Origin: Nitrospirota bacterium
GTDB lineage: Bacteria > JACPQY01
Reading direction: 5' to 3'
Assembly: GCA_016180645.1 (NCBI GenBank)
Contig: JACPAV010000007.1
Span: forward strand, 104,888-168,887
Length of the DNA stretch: 64,000 nucleotides
Shown here: positions 9,789 through 19,117 of the stretch, one piece after another
Layout: the number at the start of each line of letters is the position of its first letter
How positions within the stretch are numbered: the first letter of the stretch is position 1
Position numbers and translations under genes: made by a program
The notes under the pieces: model-generated
What the model was told of the DNA's origin: nothing
The model's database searches: none
The model's input: the letters and a program-made list of their open reading frames with translations, nothing else

Positions 9789-10907
9789 ATGAAGAGGAAA
9801 CTATGGACCGGTGTGCTGGCTTGCGGCCTGGCCGGTCTGATCTTGTCCGGCTGCGCCGAACCCAAGCCAAAGCCTGATACGCGCGAGAAGGCCAAACGCT
9901 CCCACGATGAACTCGAGCAGGAAGAAGAGCAGATGAAGGAACGGAAAAAAGAAGGCTCGCGCGATCATTCGAGGCTGGAGGAAGCGGCCCCCCCCCGTGG
10001 GGAGGTTGCTTCCCTGGTCCCGGCCCGCCCGCAGGATGCGGAAGCGGTGCCGGAAGCGGCCAGGAAGGCCGACCCGGCCGCTCCCGCGGCCCCGAAACCA
10101 ACGATGGCCGAGCCGTGCCGTTGGGTCGAGGCGGAGGGAGTCGTCGGGATGAGCGACCAGGACACACTCTACCAGGCGAAGGGCCGCGCGATTGCGGCGG
10201 CGCGGCAGGAGGCCATCAAGAACGTGCTCGGTTACGAAATCCGATCCCGCGATGCGGTTTTCCAACAAGAGTCGCTCCGGGGCGAGCAGACTTTGGTGGA
10301 AAGCCTCATCGTCAGCACGCAATACGGACTCATCCTCGATGAAGAGATTCTGGCGGCGGGACCCCTCCGGGATGGGGCGAAGTATCGCGCGAGAGTTCGA
10401 ACGTGCATCGCTCGACAACCGGAGAGAATGGACAAGGGATTTCGCGTGACGTTGGGCCTCAATCGGCAGACGTTCGTGGAAGGGGACGAGGCGGTGGTGG
10501 ATATGACGGTCACGCGGGATTCCTGTGTGTATCTGCTGAACGTGGACACGATGGGGAACATGAGCCTGGTGTTTCCCAACTCCGTGGCATCCGGGAACTG
10601 CGCGGTGGCCGGCAAGTTCATCCAATACCCCGATGCCTCGCTTCAACGGAAGGGTGTTCACCTGACAGCGGTCTTGCCTCAGGGGACGAGGACCTCAACC
10701 GAAACGTTGAAGATTATTGCCTTCAAGACGAAAATGGATCACTTGTTCTCCGATTCCCCCCCGGCCGTTGCATCGACAATCAACGTGAGTTTCGAGCGGC
10801 GAGAGCAACACAACACCGGGGCCTACGGCGACTTGGTTCGGAAGCTTGTCCTCGATGACGTCGAGTGGGTCGAAGATTCCGCCGCTTTTGTCATCCACGC
10901 GAAGTGA
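9789..10907 (+). CDS. lipoprotein with C-terminal DUF4384-like domain
   Basis: GGAGG RBS, lipobox LSGC, F.EGD...YLLNVD..G...VFPN...ETLKIIA pattern. Confidence 0.75.
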   Translation: MKRKLWTGVLACGLAGLILSGCAEPKPKPDTREKAKRSHDELEQEEEQMKERKKEGSRDHSRLEEAAPPRGEVASLVPARPQDAEAVPEAARKADPAAPAAPKPTMAEPCRWVEAEGVVGMSDQDTLYQAKGRAIAAARQEAIKNVLGYEIRSRDAVFQQESLRGEQTLVESLIVSTQYGLILDEEILAAGPLRDGAKYRARVRTCIARQPERMDKGFRVTLGLNRQTFVEGDEAVVDMTVTRDSCVYLLNVDTMGNMSLVFPNSVASGNCAVAGKFIQYPDASLQRKGVHLTAVLPQGTRTSTETLKIIAFKTKMDHLFSDSPPAVASTINVSFERREQHNTGAYGDLVRKLVLDDVEWVEDSAAFVIHAK

Positions 10908-11043
10908 CGTTGCGGGTGTGGGAGGCCGGTGCTAATCTTTGGGTGTGGGAAAGATCGTCAGGAACCTGACCCTTACAAGGGACAAGGGGAGCGCCAAATT
11001 TGAATGTCTGCTGGACTCAGGGGCCGGCGTCTAAGGTACTACC

Positions 11044-11544
11044 ATGAGGAAGCGGCGGGCGCCCTACAAAGCCGATCGGGTGAAAGCGCAGATCACCGAA
11101 ATCCGCGAGCGGGTTGCGTACCTGACCGACGGATGGGGGCGATTCGTGGAAGGATTGGTCCAGCCGTGCGTGCCGGAGTTGTTCAAGACATTGGGGATTG
11201 AGCTTTCCGAGACGGCCGAAAGCCGGAAGAAGCACAAAGACGACGACACCCTTGAGGTGGACGTATTGGCCGTGGGAGACGAGCACGTGGTGGCCGTGAG
11301 CGTTAAGACAACCCTATCGAGGAAAGATGATGTGGACGACCTTGAAAGGGACCTTGGACGTTTTTTTGACTTCTTTCCCGAGTACCGGGGCAGGAGACTA
11401 CTCGGCGCCATGGCGGGAATCACTGTAAGAGGCGGGGTGGACCGCTACGCCGAAAGCAAGGGATTTTATGTCCTCACTCCCGCTGGCCATGCGATGAAAC
11501 TCGCCAACTCCAAAGGCTTCAAGCCCAGGGTCTGGAATGCGTAG
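11044..11544 (+). CDS. DUF3782-like PD-(D/E)XK-fold protein
   Basis: WGRFVEGLV, EVDVLAV, FFDFFPEY, YAE.KGFYV; the expected ExK reads SVK. Confidence 0.7.
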   Translation: MRKRRAPYKADRVKAQITEIRERVAYLTDGWGRFVEGLVQPCVPELFKTLGIELSETAESRKKHKDDDTLEVDVLAVGDEHVVAVSVKTTLSRKDDVDDLERDLGRFFDFFPEYRGRRLLGAMAGITVRGGVDRYAESKGFYVLTPAGHAMKLANSKGFKPRVWNA

Positions 11545-11576
11545 TATGGCGATCTTCCTCGCGCGTTCCCCGGCCG

Positions 11577-11641
11577 GTAGCCGCACCCTTTATGGGTGCG
11601 TCTTCAGGCGCGCTGGGCGCAGGCATAAAGCCTGCGGCTAC
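11577..11641. repeat. GTAG-type REP doublet
   Basis: GTAGCCGCACCCTTTATGGGTGCG...CGCAGGCATAAAGCCTGCGGCTAC: two inverted hairpins with GTAG/CTAC ends. Confidence 0.75.
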
Positions 11642-11754
11642 CTCGCGCTCTTAATGTCGGCGGCCGTGGCCACAGGCTGTGCGCATCCCAAACCCATCCT
11701 GGACGACACCCGCCAGAGGACACGCGATGAACCCGGACGCTACCGACTACACTT

Positions 11755-11898
11755 CTCGGCGCCATGGCCGGGATTACAGTGAAGGGCGGTGTGGACCGGT
11801 ACGCAGAGAAGAAAGGGTTTTACGTGCTGACCCCCGCCGGAAATGCCATGAGAATCGCGAACTCCAAGGGCTTCAAGCCGAGAATATGGGCCGGGTAA
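11755..11898 (+). pseudogene. 3' fragment of a paralog of the 11044-11544 gene
   Basis: LGAMAGITVKGGVDRYAEKKGFYVLTPAGNAMRIANSKGFKPRIWAG* aligns without gaps to 11401-11544. Confidence 0.85.
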
Positions 11899-11941
11899 CT
11901 TCCGGACCGGTCGGCGTGGACCCCGAGGTGATTGAAATCGC

Positions 11942-13555
11942 GTGAGGGCCATGAAACTCTCAACTCCCATGGAGTCTGACCCGATGCCCACAATGTACAT
12001 GAGCAATGGAGGATTTCGAGTGGGTCGCTTGACGGCGAGGTTGCTGAAACGAGGGAAACTTCTTCAATTCCTCTTGGTGGTAACGATGTTCGGTAGGGTG
12101 GAGTACGTTCTCAGCGATGACAGCGGCAAGCCCTCGTGGGTGGAACGCGGCAGCGGGGCGTTCGTTGTTGCCGGTCAGAAGATATTCTACGGCGTAGGCG
12201 TAGTAGAGGGCATCAAGAACGCGAATATGGCACAAAAAACGGCTGAGAACAGGGCTCGTGCTGAACTCGCGAAAGTGAGCGAGAGCTATTCGGCATACCT
12301 CATGAGGAGGTGGGATCAAGTCTTGTCGGAGTACGGACAGTTCTCTCTCAGAAGAGGTCTTGAGGAAGCAATTCAGACCGCGTTCACTCAAGCGATTGCC
12401 GATGCGAAAATCGTGGATCGGTGGCAGGCAAATGAAGATGACGGTTCCGTGTGGGGTACGATAAAGAAGTCTCCCGTGTACGTGTTAACGGGTTTCAGTT
12501 TGGACGACGTACAGCGGTATGCGGCCAAGGAGTTCAATCGGTTGCTACTGTTTTCCAGCGAAAACCGAGAGGGTGCCAAGGGCCTTGGGAAGCAGTGGGA
12601 CAAAGCTTTCTCCGAGCTTCTCAAGGTGGATGCTGCACACAGGTTGACCGGGGAGTCTCATGTCGGTGAAGGCGAGTTCACCACTCCTGCGTCCCCGCAG
12701 TCATCCTCAGCACTGCGTGCACAAACGAGCGCGATCACCCCGGTCGGATCTGAAGTCGACTCCCCACCTGGAGTTCGCGTGAAGGCGGCTGGCTCGTTCT
12801 GGGCGCTTATTGTGGGGATCGAACACTATCCGAGTCTGCCTGCGGTCGATTTTGCACAACAGGATGTGACCGCCATCAAGCAGTACCTGACGACCACCAT
12901 GGGATTCCCGGAGGAAAACGTTGTTATGCTCACTGACTCCAATGCGACGAAATCCGGAATCCAGAAGTACTTGAACGAGTGGCTGCCGCGCAATACGAAC
13001 GCGAAGTCGCGCATCCTGATCTTCTTTGCCGGTCATGGCGCGCCGGAAACCGAAACAGGAGACGCGTATCTTGTCCCGTATGACGGCGATCCCAATTTCC
13101 TCAAGACCACGGGAATCCTTCTCAAGGACTTCTACACGGCCATCGAGGCTCTTCCGGCCAAAGATGTCATCGTATTGACTGATGCCTGCTTCTCAGGCGC
13201 GGGCGGCCGTTCGGTGCTGGCCAAGGGTGCGCGACCACTCGTGACGAAGGTTGACACCGCCCTGCCCCCGAGCTCCAAGATTCTCTCCATCGCCGCCGCT
13301 TCCGGCTCCGAGATCACCGCCTCTTACGAAGAAAAGGGGCACGGACTCTTCACGTATTTTCTTCTCAAGGGTTTGCGAGGCGATGCGGACAAAGATCAGG
13401 ACGGGTGGGTGACGGTGGCCGAGGCTTACGACTACCTCAAGCCGAACGTCCAGAAGATGGCCCGGCGGCAAAACCGCGAGCAGACGCCACAACTGCTCCC
13501 CGGCCTCGATGCGCTTGGGGTGAAAGCCAAACTGAAACTGGCCAAGGTGAAGTAG
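11942..13555 (+). CDS. caspase-like peptidase (C14) with N-terminal LPP20-like domain; start uncertain
   Basis: ALIVGIEHY, FFAGHG (His), DACFSG (Cys), HGLFTYFLLKGLRGDAD, QTPQL; N-terminal KPSWV...FYGVG...AENRARAELAK. Confidence 0.88.
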   Translation: MRAMKLSTPMESDPMPTMYMSNGGFRVGRLTARLLKRGKLLQFLLVVTMFGRVEYVLSDDSGKPSWVERGSGAFVVAGQKIFYGVGVVEGIKNANMAQKTAENRARAELAKVSESYSAYLMRRWDQVLSEYGQFSLRRGLEEAIQTAFTQAIADAKIVDRWQANEDDGSVWGTIKKSPVYVLTGFSLDDVQRYAAKEFNRLLLFSSENREGAKGLGKQWDKAFSELLKVDAAHRLTGESHVGEGEFTTPASPQSSSALRAQTSAITPVGSEVDSPPGVRVKAAGSFWALIVGIEHYPSLPAVDFAQQDVTAIKQYLTTTMGFPEENVVMLTDSNATKSGIQKYLNEWLPRNTNAKSRILIFFAGHGAPETETGDAYLVPYDGDPNFLKTTGILLKDFYTAIEALPAKDVIVLTDACFSGAGGRSVLAKGARPLVTKVDTALPPSSKILSIAAASGSEITASYEEKGHGLFTYFLLKGLRGDADKDQDGWVTVAEAYDYLKPNVQKMARRQNREQTPQLLPGLDALGVKAKLKLAKVK

Positions 13556-13577
13556 GGTCGTGACGTGATGGCCCGCC

Positions 13578-13849
13578 ATGCAACGAGTAGCCTACCAGGA
13601 GTTTGAGGCGAGCGAGATCTACTGCCCGAAGTGCGGGCGGGCGATGCCGGTCAGGAAGAGGCTACTGCTCGCGCTCCCGGAAGGGGACAAGTTCGACCCA
13701 TGGAGGGGTCTGTACTTGCGCGCGCGCGGGCCAGGACGGCACGCTTCGATCGATCGCGCAAGTGCGATTATGTCTGCTCGCAGTGCGGCTCGCCGGTGGG
13801 GTCCAAGTTGGACAAGTCCGCCGGGCCGGTGAGATTCACCCGGCGGTAG
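13578..13849 (+). pseudogene. small Zn-ribbon protein frameshifted by a 71-bp insertion
   Basis: CPKC in one frame and CSQC in another; removing 13697-13767 restores a 66-aa ORF. Confidence 0.8.
13697..13767. mobile_element. ~70-bp palindromic MITE-like insertion
   Basis: Preceded by CGA and ending in CGA; similar to the units at 24471-24613. Confidence 0.7.
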
Positions 13850-13853
13850 CCGG

Positions 13854-13959
13854 CCCCCCCCCCCCCCATCCCAACCTTCCCCCTCCAGGGGGGAAGGAGA
13901 AGGGGCGAACCTCCAAGTTCGCCCATCACAGGAGGGAGCATCTGAAGATGCTCCCCTAC
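13854..13959. repeat. cluster of palindromic elements including a GTAG-type REP doublet
   Basis: C14-ATCCCAACCTTCCCCCtccaGGGGGGAAGG; AGGGGCGAACctccaaGTTCGCCC; GGGAGCATCtgaaGATGCTCCCCTAC. Confidence 0.7.
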
Positions 13960-14019
13960 GTCAAGGAGGTCCCGGGATTGGTCCCAAGCGAAGTAAGAAG
14001 CCTCTTGGGGCGCTTGGCC

Positions 14020-14712
14020 CTACTGGGCGTAGATCGTGACCAGAGAGACCGACTGGTCGTATACCCCTACGGTGCTCGTGCCTAGTGCGCTCCCGTCCGA
14101 TCCGGTTGCCGTGATCGTCGCTTTCCCCACCGGCAGACCGAAGAAAATGAATCGACCCGAAGCGTCGGACGATTTGGCCTGCAAGTCGGGAACCAATCCC
14201 GCGAAGTAGATAGGGGAAAGGCCGGAGTCAACGGCGGCCTTGGCGCCGAAAATGCCTTTTTCCTCGCCATCGACGACCCGCACGACGGACCCGGCCAGCA
14301 CACCAACGCCTGCGGGTACTCCGGAGGCGCCCAGCAGGGTCAGCATGGTGGTGGCCAGTGAGGTGTTCACCAAGTAGAACGTTCTCCCGGTCAGGTCGCT
14401 TTGGATGGGGGAGCCGCCGACGTGGAAGGTGAAGGTCGGCTTCCCAAGATAGCTATCGGAGGCCAATACGGCCAGGGTCACATCCGTTCCTTGGGGAACG
14501 CCCTCAATCTTGATGGCTCCTCCGGCCCCCGATGTGGCTGTGATCCCCATCGGCTGGTCGAAATTGAGGAGATCCACCGTGGCGCCTTGCACCGCGGTTC
14601 CGATCGAGAACACCTCGACCTTTCCTTCGATCGATTGGGTGGCCGCTTTGTCATCGCCACATCCGGCCAAGAGACCTGCAAAGAGCGCCGCAATCCAAAC
14701 ATGTTTGTTCAT
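14020..14712 (-). CDS. lipoprotein with carboxypeptidase-regulatory-like beta-sandwich domains
   Basis: Lipobox LAGC; two repeats of GA.V...S...G.F.F.G.P.G. Confidence 0.7.
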   Translation of the reverse strand: MNKHVWIAALFAGLLAGCGDDKAATQSIEGKVEVFSIGTAVQGATVDLLNFDQPMGITATSGAGGAIKIEGVPQGTDVTLAVLASDSYLGKPTFTFHVGGSPIQSDLTGRTFYLVNTSLATTMLTLLGASGVPAGVGVLAGSVVRVVDGEEKGIFGAKAAVDSGLSPIYFAGLVPDLQAKSSDASGRFIFFGLPVGKATITATGSDGSALGTSTVGVYDQSVSLVTIYAQ

Positions 14713-14729
14713 AATCCACCTCCGCCTTT

Positions 14730-16121
14730 TTATTTTCCGTAATTCAGAAAATTGCTGGATGAAAAGAGCGACGGCTCGATGGCGATGCTGAACACCGTCG
14801 GGTTGATTTTCGCCTCGACCCGGCTCGACACCGATGCCCGGTTTCTTTTCTCATCCACCACAAATGAAATTTCAGCCGCCGCAGCGGAAATCTTTCCGTC
14901 CGGCGATTGGTAGTAACTCTGGTTCAGCACCTGGGTCCGCCAGAAATCCCCGCCCCGGTCCCATCCGAGCTTCATGTGAACTCGGTTCGTCTCCCGGTCG
15001 ATGACGAGCAGTTGACGGCCGATGCTGTAGTATGGATCCTTCGATGTCCCCTCGACGATGTAGACCGGCCGTTTCACGAATACCCAGTTGAGGGGCCACC
15101 ATGCGGCCAGACCGGATTTGGGATCGTCATAGCCCCAGCGAACGGCGTAGCGCGGTTGCTCGAAGGCGCGTGCTCCGTACTTCCCGGCTGCCTTTCCCTT
15201 CCGGGGAAAAGTGACTGTCTGTCCTTGTGCCTCGGCCGCTCCGGGCTCCTTCCCTCGCGCGGCACTTCCCCCGTCCTGGGGGTCGTCCGGCAGGTACGCC
15301 AGCAGCATGTCCTTCTGCTCGATGAGCTTCCACTTCATGAACTCGATCTTGCCCGAATATCCGTTGAGGTCGTCGAGAATAAAATCCGTCGGGCCGATGG
15401 GGTCGGATCGGTTGGCGGAACTCGTCCGGCGAACGCGGCGAATCGAGGGTGAGTAGGCCCACGTCGTGTCCCACTTCCCTGCCTCCTGCCACCGCCAGGT
15501 GAGCGTGACCGTCCCGAAGAGGTCGGCCGGTGCGAGATACAACGCGTTCTCCATATAGGAGAGGCCCTTCGCGGCGCCCTTCACCTCGTGCGAGGCAAAA
15601 TCCACGTTCATGCGCGCGACCTTTCCGATCACCTCCACCTCCACCGCGGTTCCCTTCAGGGTACGCAGAACAAACATGGCTTCTTGCGAATCGTTCTGGA
15701 ATTCCGTGGCATAGAAGTTCCAAAGGATCTTTGTTCCGGCGTCCGGATCGGAAGGGTCGAGGTCGGGGAAGGGGAGCCCGTAGGGTAGATTTTCACGCTT
15801 CCCCGAATCGGCGGAGATGAGCCCTCCCTCCTTGTCCAGCTTGAATTTTCCCTTGTTGGCCTGAGAAGCATCGTAGAATCCCTTGGCGTAAACGGTTCCC
15901 AGAGAGCCGGATTTCATTTCTCCGATCGTGAGGGCGTAGCTCCCCGCGGCCACCCGCTTGGCGACCGACTCGGGAACATGATCGGCGTAGGCCGATACAT
16001 TGGACTTGTCGATTTTCGAGCCGGGCGAAAGTTCAGCGGCGAATGCGGATCCGCCCATCGCATATCCTGAGAGCAGTGCCATCGCCATGGCCCAAGACAG
16101 GCCTCTTTCTTGAAATGTCAT
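14730..16121 (-). CDS. DUF1329 family periplasmic protein
   Basis: Signal peptide, GLPFP, WAYSPSIRRVRR, DDLNGYSG, D..G.FWR. Confidence 0.85.
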   Translation of the reverse strand: MTFQERGLSWAMAMALLSGYAMGGSAFAAELSPGSKIDKSNVSAYADHVPESVAKRVAAGSYALTIGEMKSGSLGTVYAKGFYDASQANKGKFKLDKEGGLISADSGKRENLPYGLPFPDLDPSDPDAGTKILWNFYATEFQNDSQEAMFVLRTLKGTAVEVEVIGKVARMNVDFASHEVKGAAKGLSYMENALYLAPADLFGTVTLTWRWQEAGKWDTTWAYSPSIRRVRRTSSANRSDPIGPTDFILDDLNGYSGKIEFMKWKLIEQKDMLLAYLPDDPQDGGSAARGKEPGAAEAQGQTVTFPRKGKAAGKYGARAFEQPRYAVRWGYDDPKSGLAAWWPLNWVFVKRPVYIVEGTSKDPYYSIGRQLLVIDRETNRVHMKLGWDRGGDFWRTQVLNQSYYQSPDGKISAAAAEISFVVDEKRNRASVSSRVEAKINPTVFSIAIEPSLFSSSNFLNYGK

Positions 16122-16122
16122 G

Positions 16123-19059
16123 CTACTTGCCTCCTGCGGGTTCAAGAACGAGAAGCTCGGCGGCGGCCGCGCGAACCTCCTCGCGGGTGAAGGGGAATTT
16201 CTTGTATTCGTTGGCCCACCAGAGCTCCCTGAGCTGATTGCTGTAGAATCGGCTTCGTGGGTGGGCGACGTTGCCCCCGGGAAGCGCGGTGTAGGCTTCG
16301 GGTCCATCCGGTTTCATTTCCACCACGATCCGATAGGACGGCCCGCTGCCGTAGGAGAACTTGGACTGCTGCTTCGAGGACATGAGGTCGAGACCGGGGT
16401 CGGAAGCATCCACCACAAACTGGCCACCAGGGCGGGGAAAACCTTTTAGGCCGAGCTTTGCGAAGATCGGATCCGTGGGAGACGGAATGCTGAACATCTC
16501 GGCGCTGTCGCCCTCCACGCTCTCACTGTCGGCGAGGTGACGCACGGTGAGGGTGTGAATTTTCCCCCAGAGCCACTGGCTGACCACCGAAGTTCCGAAT
16601 TTTGCGGTCAGACCCTCAATCGCCTCCTTATAGGCGCGTAGCGCGATGTCGCTACGGGTTTCGACGTCCGGTGTGCCCCAATCGTCCCAGAAGACGCTGG
16701 ATCCCGTGCTTCCATCCCCTGTGTTCTGGCATGCGGTTCCGGCGTCCGCGTCAACCGCATCACATTTCTTACGGAAGGTGATGTTGTAAAGCGCCCGCGC
16801 GTACTGTTGGCTGCCGAACGACTCGCCGCCGAGCTGGTCGTCAAACGTGAAATGCGCCAAGTTGGAAATCCACGCGTGGAAGATGGACGTGGCCACGGAG
16901 CTGGAAATGACCTGGGAATCCTGAGCCAGTTGGAGATCTCCCGTATCGGAGTCATACTTGTAGCCGGATGGGCTTGAGCATTTCCATCCGTCCACGTAGC
17001 TATATGCCGCCAGTCCCGTCTCGCCGAGCTGTGCCTTCTTCGGCCCAACGGAATCGGTCAGGACTTTGAGGAAATCGTCGCAGAGGAGCAGATACGTATC
17101 ACCCTGAATCTCCTTCATCTCCTTTATGGAAACCTTTCCGGTATTGCGGAGAACCTCGTCGATTCGCCCGGTGATTCGAGCTGCCCGGTAGCCCGCGTCA
17201 TAGAACGAGCCGTGGTAGTAGTCTTTGGTTGAAGTGGGCTGGTTGTTGGCCGTGGCGATGTAGCCCGTGTCGGGGTTTCTAAGCTTGGGGAGCCTGGCTT
17301 CATCGATGAATCCCTTCCAATCGCAGCTCCCGTCGCCGGGTAAGGGGAGGTAGAACGGAGAGGCGCACTTGGCGGAATCCCGATCGGGAACGAGGGCATT
17401 GGGGAACCAGCCGATGTTGTCATTTGAATCGATCACCACCTGGTTCTGCGCGCCCACTTTGAAGTTCTTCACGGCCGCCTCGAAATCGTCGATGCCCTTT
17501 GCCGTGAGGTATCCCTTGAAGGCGCGAAGTTCAAAAGTCGGGTCAAACCCGGTCCAGCGGACGGTCACGAGCGAGGTCGCCACTCCCTGTGCATCCCTCA
17601 CGACCCGAACGACGGGGCCATGTCCCTCCACCTCATACGTGAAGAAGTTGGACATGACGCATCGGCTCAGTGCTTCTTCATAGGTCGGGGGACTGTACGT
17701 GACCAGCATGTCGTCCAATCGGCTCTTGACCGACTTGGGGAGCGCGCATTTGCCTTCCGGACTTGATCCCGGCGCGAAAATGAGCGTGTCCTGATTCGCT
17801 TTCAACGGCCGATCGGCTCCCTGGAATTTCACGGTCCACTTGTCGGGTGAACCGTCCGCCTTGGTGAGCGTCTCGACATAGAAATCGGTCACATCGTAAC
17901 CCACCACCGTTTCCCCCCACGCGATTTTCTGGTTGAAACCGATGGCGATCCCGGGCGCGAGCGGGAACATGACGCCGGCCACGTTGAGGTCGCCGCCCTG
18001 CGTCTCCGTGTTGAGGTGGGCTTCGTGGAAGACGGAAGGTTGCTGAAGGGAGAGGTGGGGATCGTTAGCCAGCATCGGATACCCCGATTCGGTCTTGAGT
18101 CCGCGCACGACCCAATTGTTCGACGTCGGATTGAGCCCGGTGAGTTTCCGGAGGTTGTTGATGTACGAATCGAGGCCGTCAAACCCGGCGGTCGGCAGGG
18201 GGCCCGGCGCGGGACCATCCACGCCCTTCGCGTCGCGCCTTGCGGCCGACGATCGGGCAGGGGTCTTCTCAAACTTCCCGAACGACCCGGGCTTGGCCAC
18301 GATGGCATTTCTGAGCGGCGTGGTGACGAAGAGGTCCTGCATGTAGCCCAGCGCGGTCTTGCTCGCAGCGGTCGCGTCGGCCTCGACCTTACGATTGACC
18401 AGCTCCTTGACGAGGAAGGTATTGATGCTCTCATACCTGGTCCCTTCGCCCCCCTCGTTGTCGAAGCTCAAGAGGAAAGTCATCAGGCGCGCGAAAGCAA
18501 GGGAGTCGAGCGGCGACCAACCGGGATCCCCGTCTCGGGCGTTCAGAAGGCTGCCGTACAAGAGCTTCGGATCGCTGATGCCTTGGGCAAGAAATTCGAG
18601 AGGCATCTCTTCGGGGTTCATGGACTTGAGGTAGGCATTCACGCCGTCCGCGTACCGCTGCAAGAATCGGTTTTCCTCTGGGGTCATGTCACCGCTTCGA
18701 AAGAGCGCCTCGGCCACCTTGTAGTATCGGAACATCCGCGCCTGGATGTCGTCGGCGACCATGCTGCCCCCGAGGAGAATCGCCAGTTCCCCGGTGGCGG
18801 CCGCCCTCTGGATGATCATCTGGAACAGCCGATCCTTGGCATGGATGTAACCCTGCGCGAAGGCGACGTCGCCCTCGGATTTTCCGTAGATATGGGGAAC
18901 GCCGTAGACATCCCGAACGACTTCGACGCGTGCGTCCAGCCCCTTGGCGGAGACTCTTTCATTCACGGCCATGTCGAACAGGGCGCCTTCCCCGAGCGTC
19001 TTCTGGCTGCATGCGGAGAGGATCAGGCCGGCCGCCAAGACAGTAGCGCGACGTCTCAT
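16123..19059 (-). CDS. penicillin/acyl-homoserine-lactone acylase family Ntn hydrolase (lipoprotein)
   Basis: Lipobox LSAC, RDVYGVPHIY, AQGYIHAKDRLFQM, SNNWVV nucleophile, LANDPHL, TANN. Confidence 0.92.
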   Translation of the reverse strand: MRRRATVLAAGLILSACSQKTLGEGALFDMAVNERVSAKGLDARVEVVRDVYGVPHIYGKSEGDVAFAQGYIHAKDRLFQMIIQRAAATGELAILLGGSMVADDIQARMFRYYKVAEALFRSGDMTPEENRFLQRYADGVNAYLKSMNPEEMPLEFLAQGISDPKLLYGSLLNARDGDPGWSPLDSLAFARLMTFLLSFDNEGGEGTRYESINTFLVKELVNRKVEADATAASKTALGYMQDLFVTTPLRNAIVAKPGSFGKFEKTPARSSAARRDAKGVDGPAPGPLPTAGFDGLDSYINNLRKLTGLNPTSNNWVVRGLKTESGYPMLANDPHLSLQQPSVFHEAHLNTETQGGDLNVAGVMFPLAPGIAIGFNQKIAWGETVVGYDVTDFYVETLTKADGSPDKWTVKFQGADRPLKANQDTLIFAPGSSPEGKCALPKSVKSRLDDMLVTYSPPTYEEALSRCVMSNFFTYEVEGHGPVVRVVRDAQGVATSLVTVRWTGFDPTFELRAFKGYLTAKGIDDFEAAVKNFKVGAQNQVVIDSNDNIGWFPNALVPDRDSAKCASPFYLPLPGDGSCDWKGFIDEARLPKLRNPDTGYIATANNQPTSTKDYYHGSFYDAGYRAARITGRIDEVLRNTGKVSIKEMKEIQGDTYLLLCDDFLKVLTDSVGPKKAQLGETGLAAYSYVDGWKCSSPSGYKYDSDTGDLQLAQDSQVISSSVATSIFHAWISNLAHFTFDDQLGGESFGSQQYARALYNITFRKKCDAVDADAGTACQNTGDGSTGSSVFWDDWGTPDVETRSDIALRAYKEAIEGLTAKFGTSVVSQWLWGKIHTLTVRHLADSESVEGDSAEMFSIPSPTDPIFAKLGLKGFPRPGGQFVVDASDPGLDLMSSKQQSKFSYGSGPSYRIVVEMKPDGPEAYTALPGGNVAHPRSRFYSNQLRELWWANEYKKFPFTREEVRAAAAELLVLEPAGGK

Positions 19060-19117
19060 GACGGATCCCTCTTCTTGCTCCCCCTCCGCTTTGCTTCGGG
19101 GACGACGATAGGATTCC

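Noticed and set aside
11401-11898. Diversity-generating retroelement TR/VR pair
   Set aside because: Mismatches are mostly synonymous and not adenine-specific; no reverse transcriptase in the window.
16123-19059. Inactive acylase because the site reads TSNNW rather than GSNNW
   Set aside because: The nucleophilic Ser is present, and Thr precedes it in E. coli penicillin G acylase as well.
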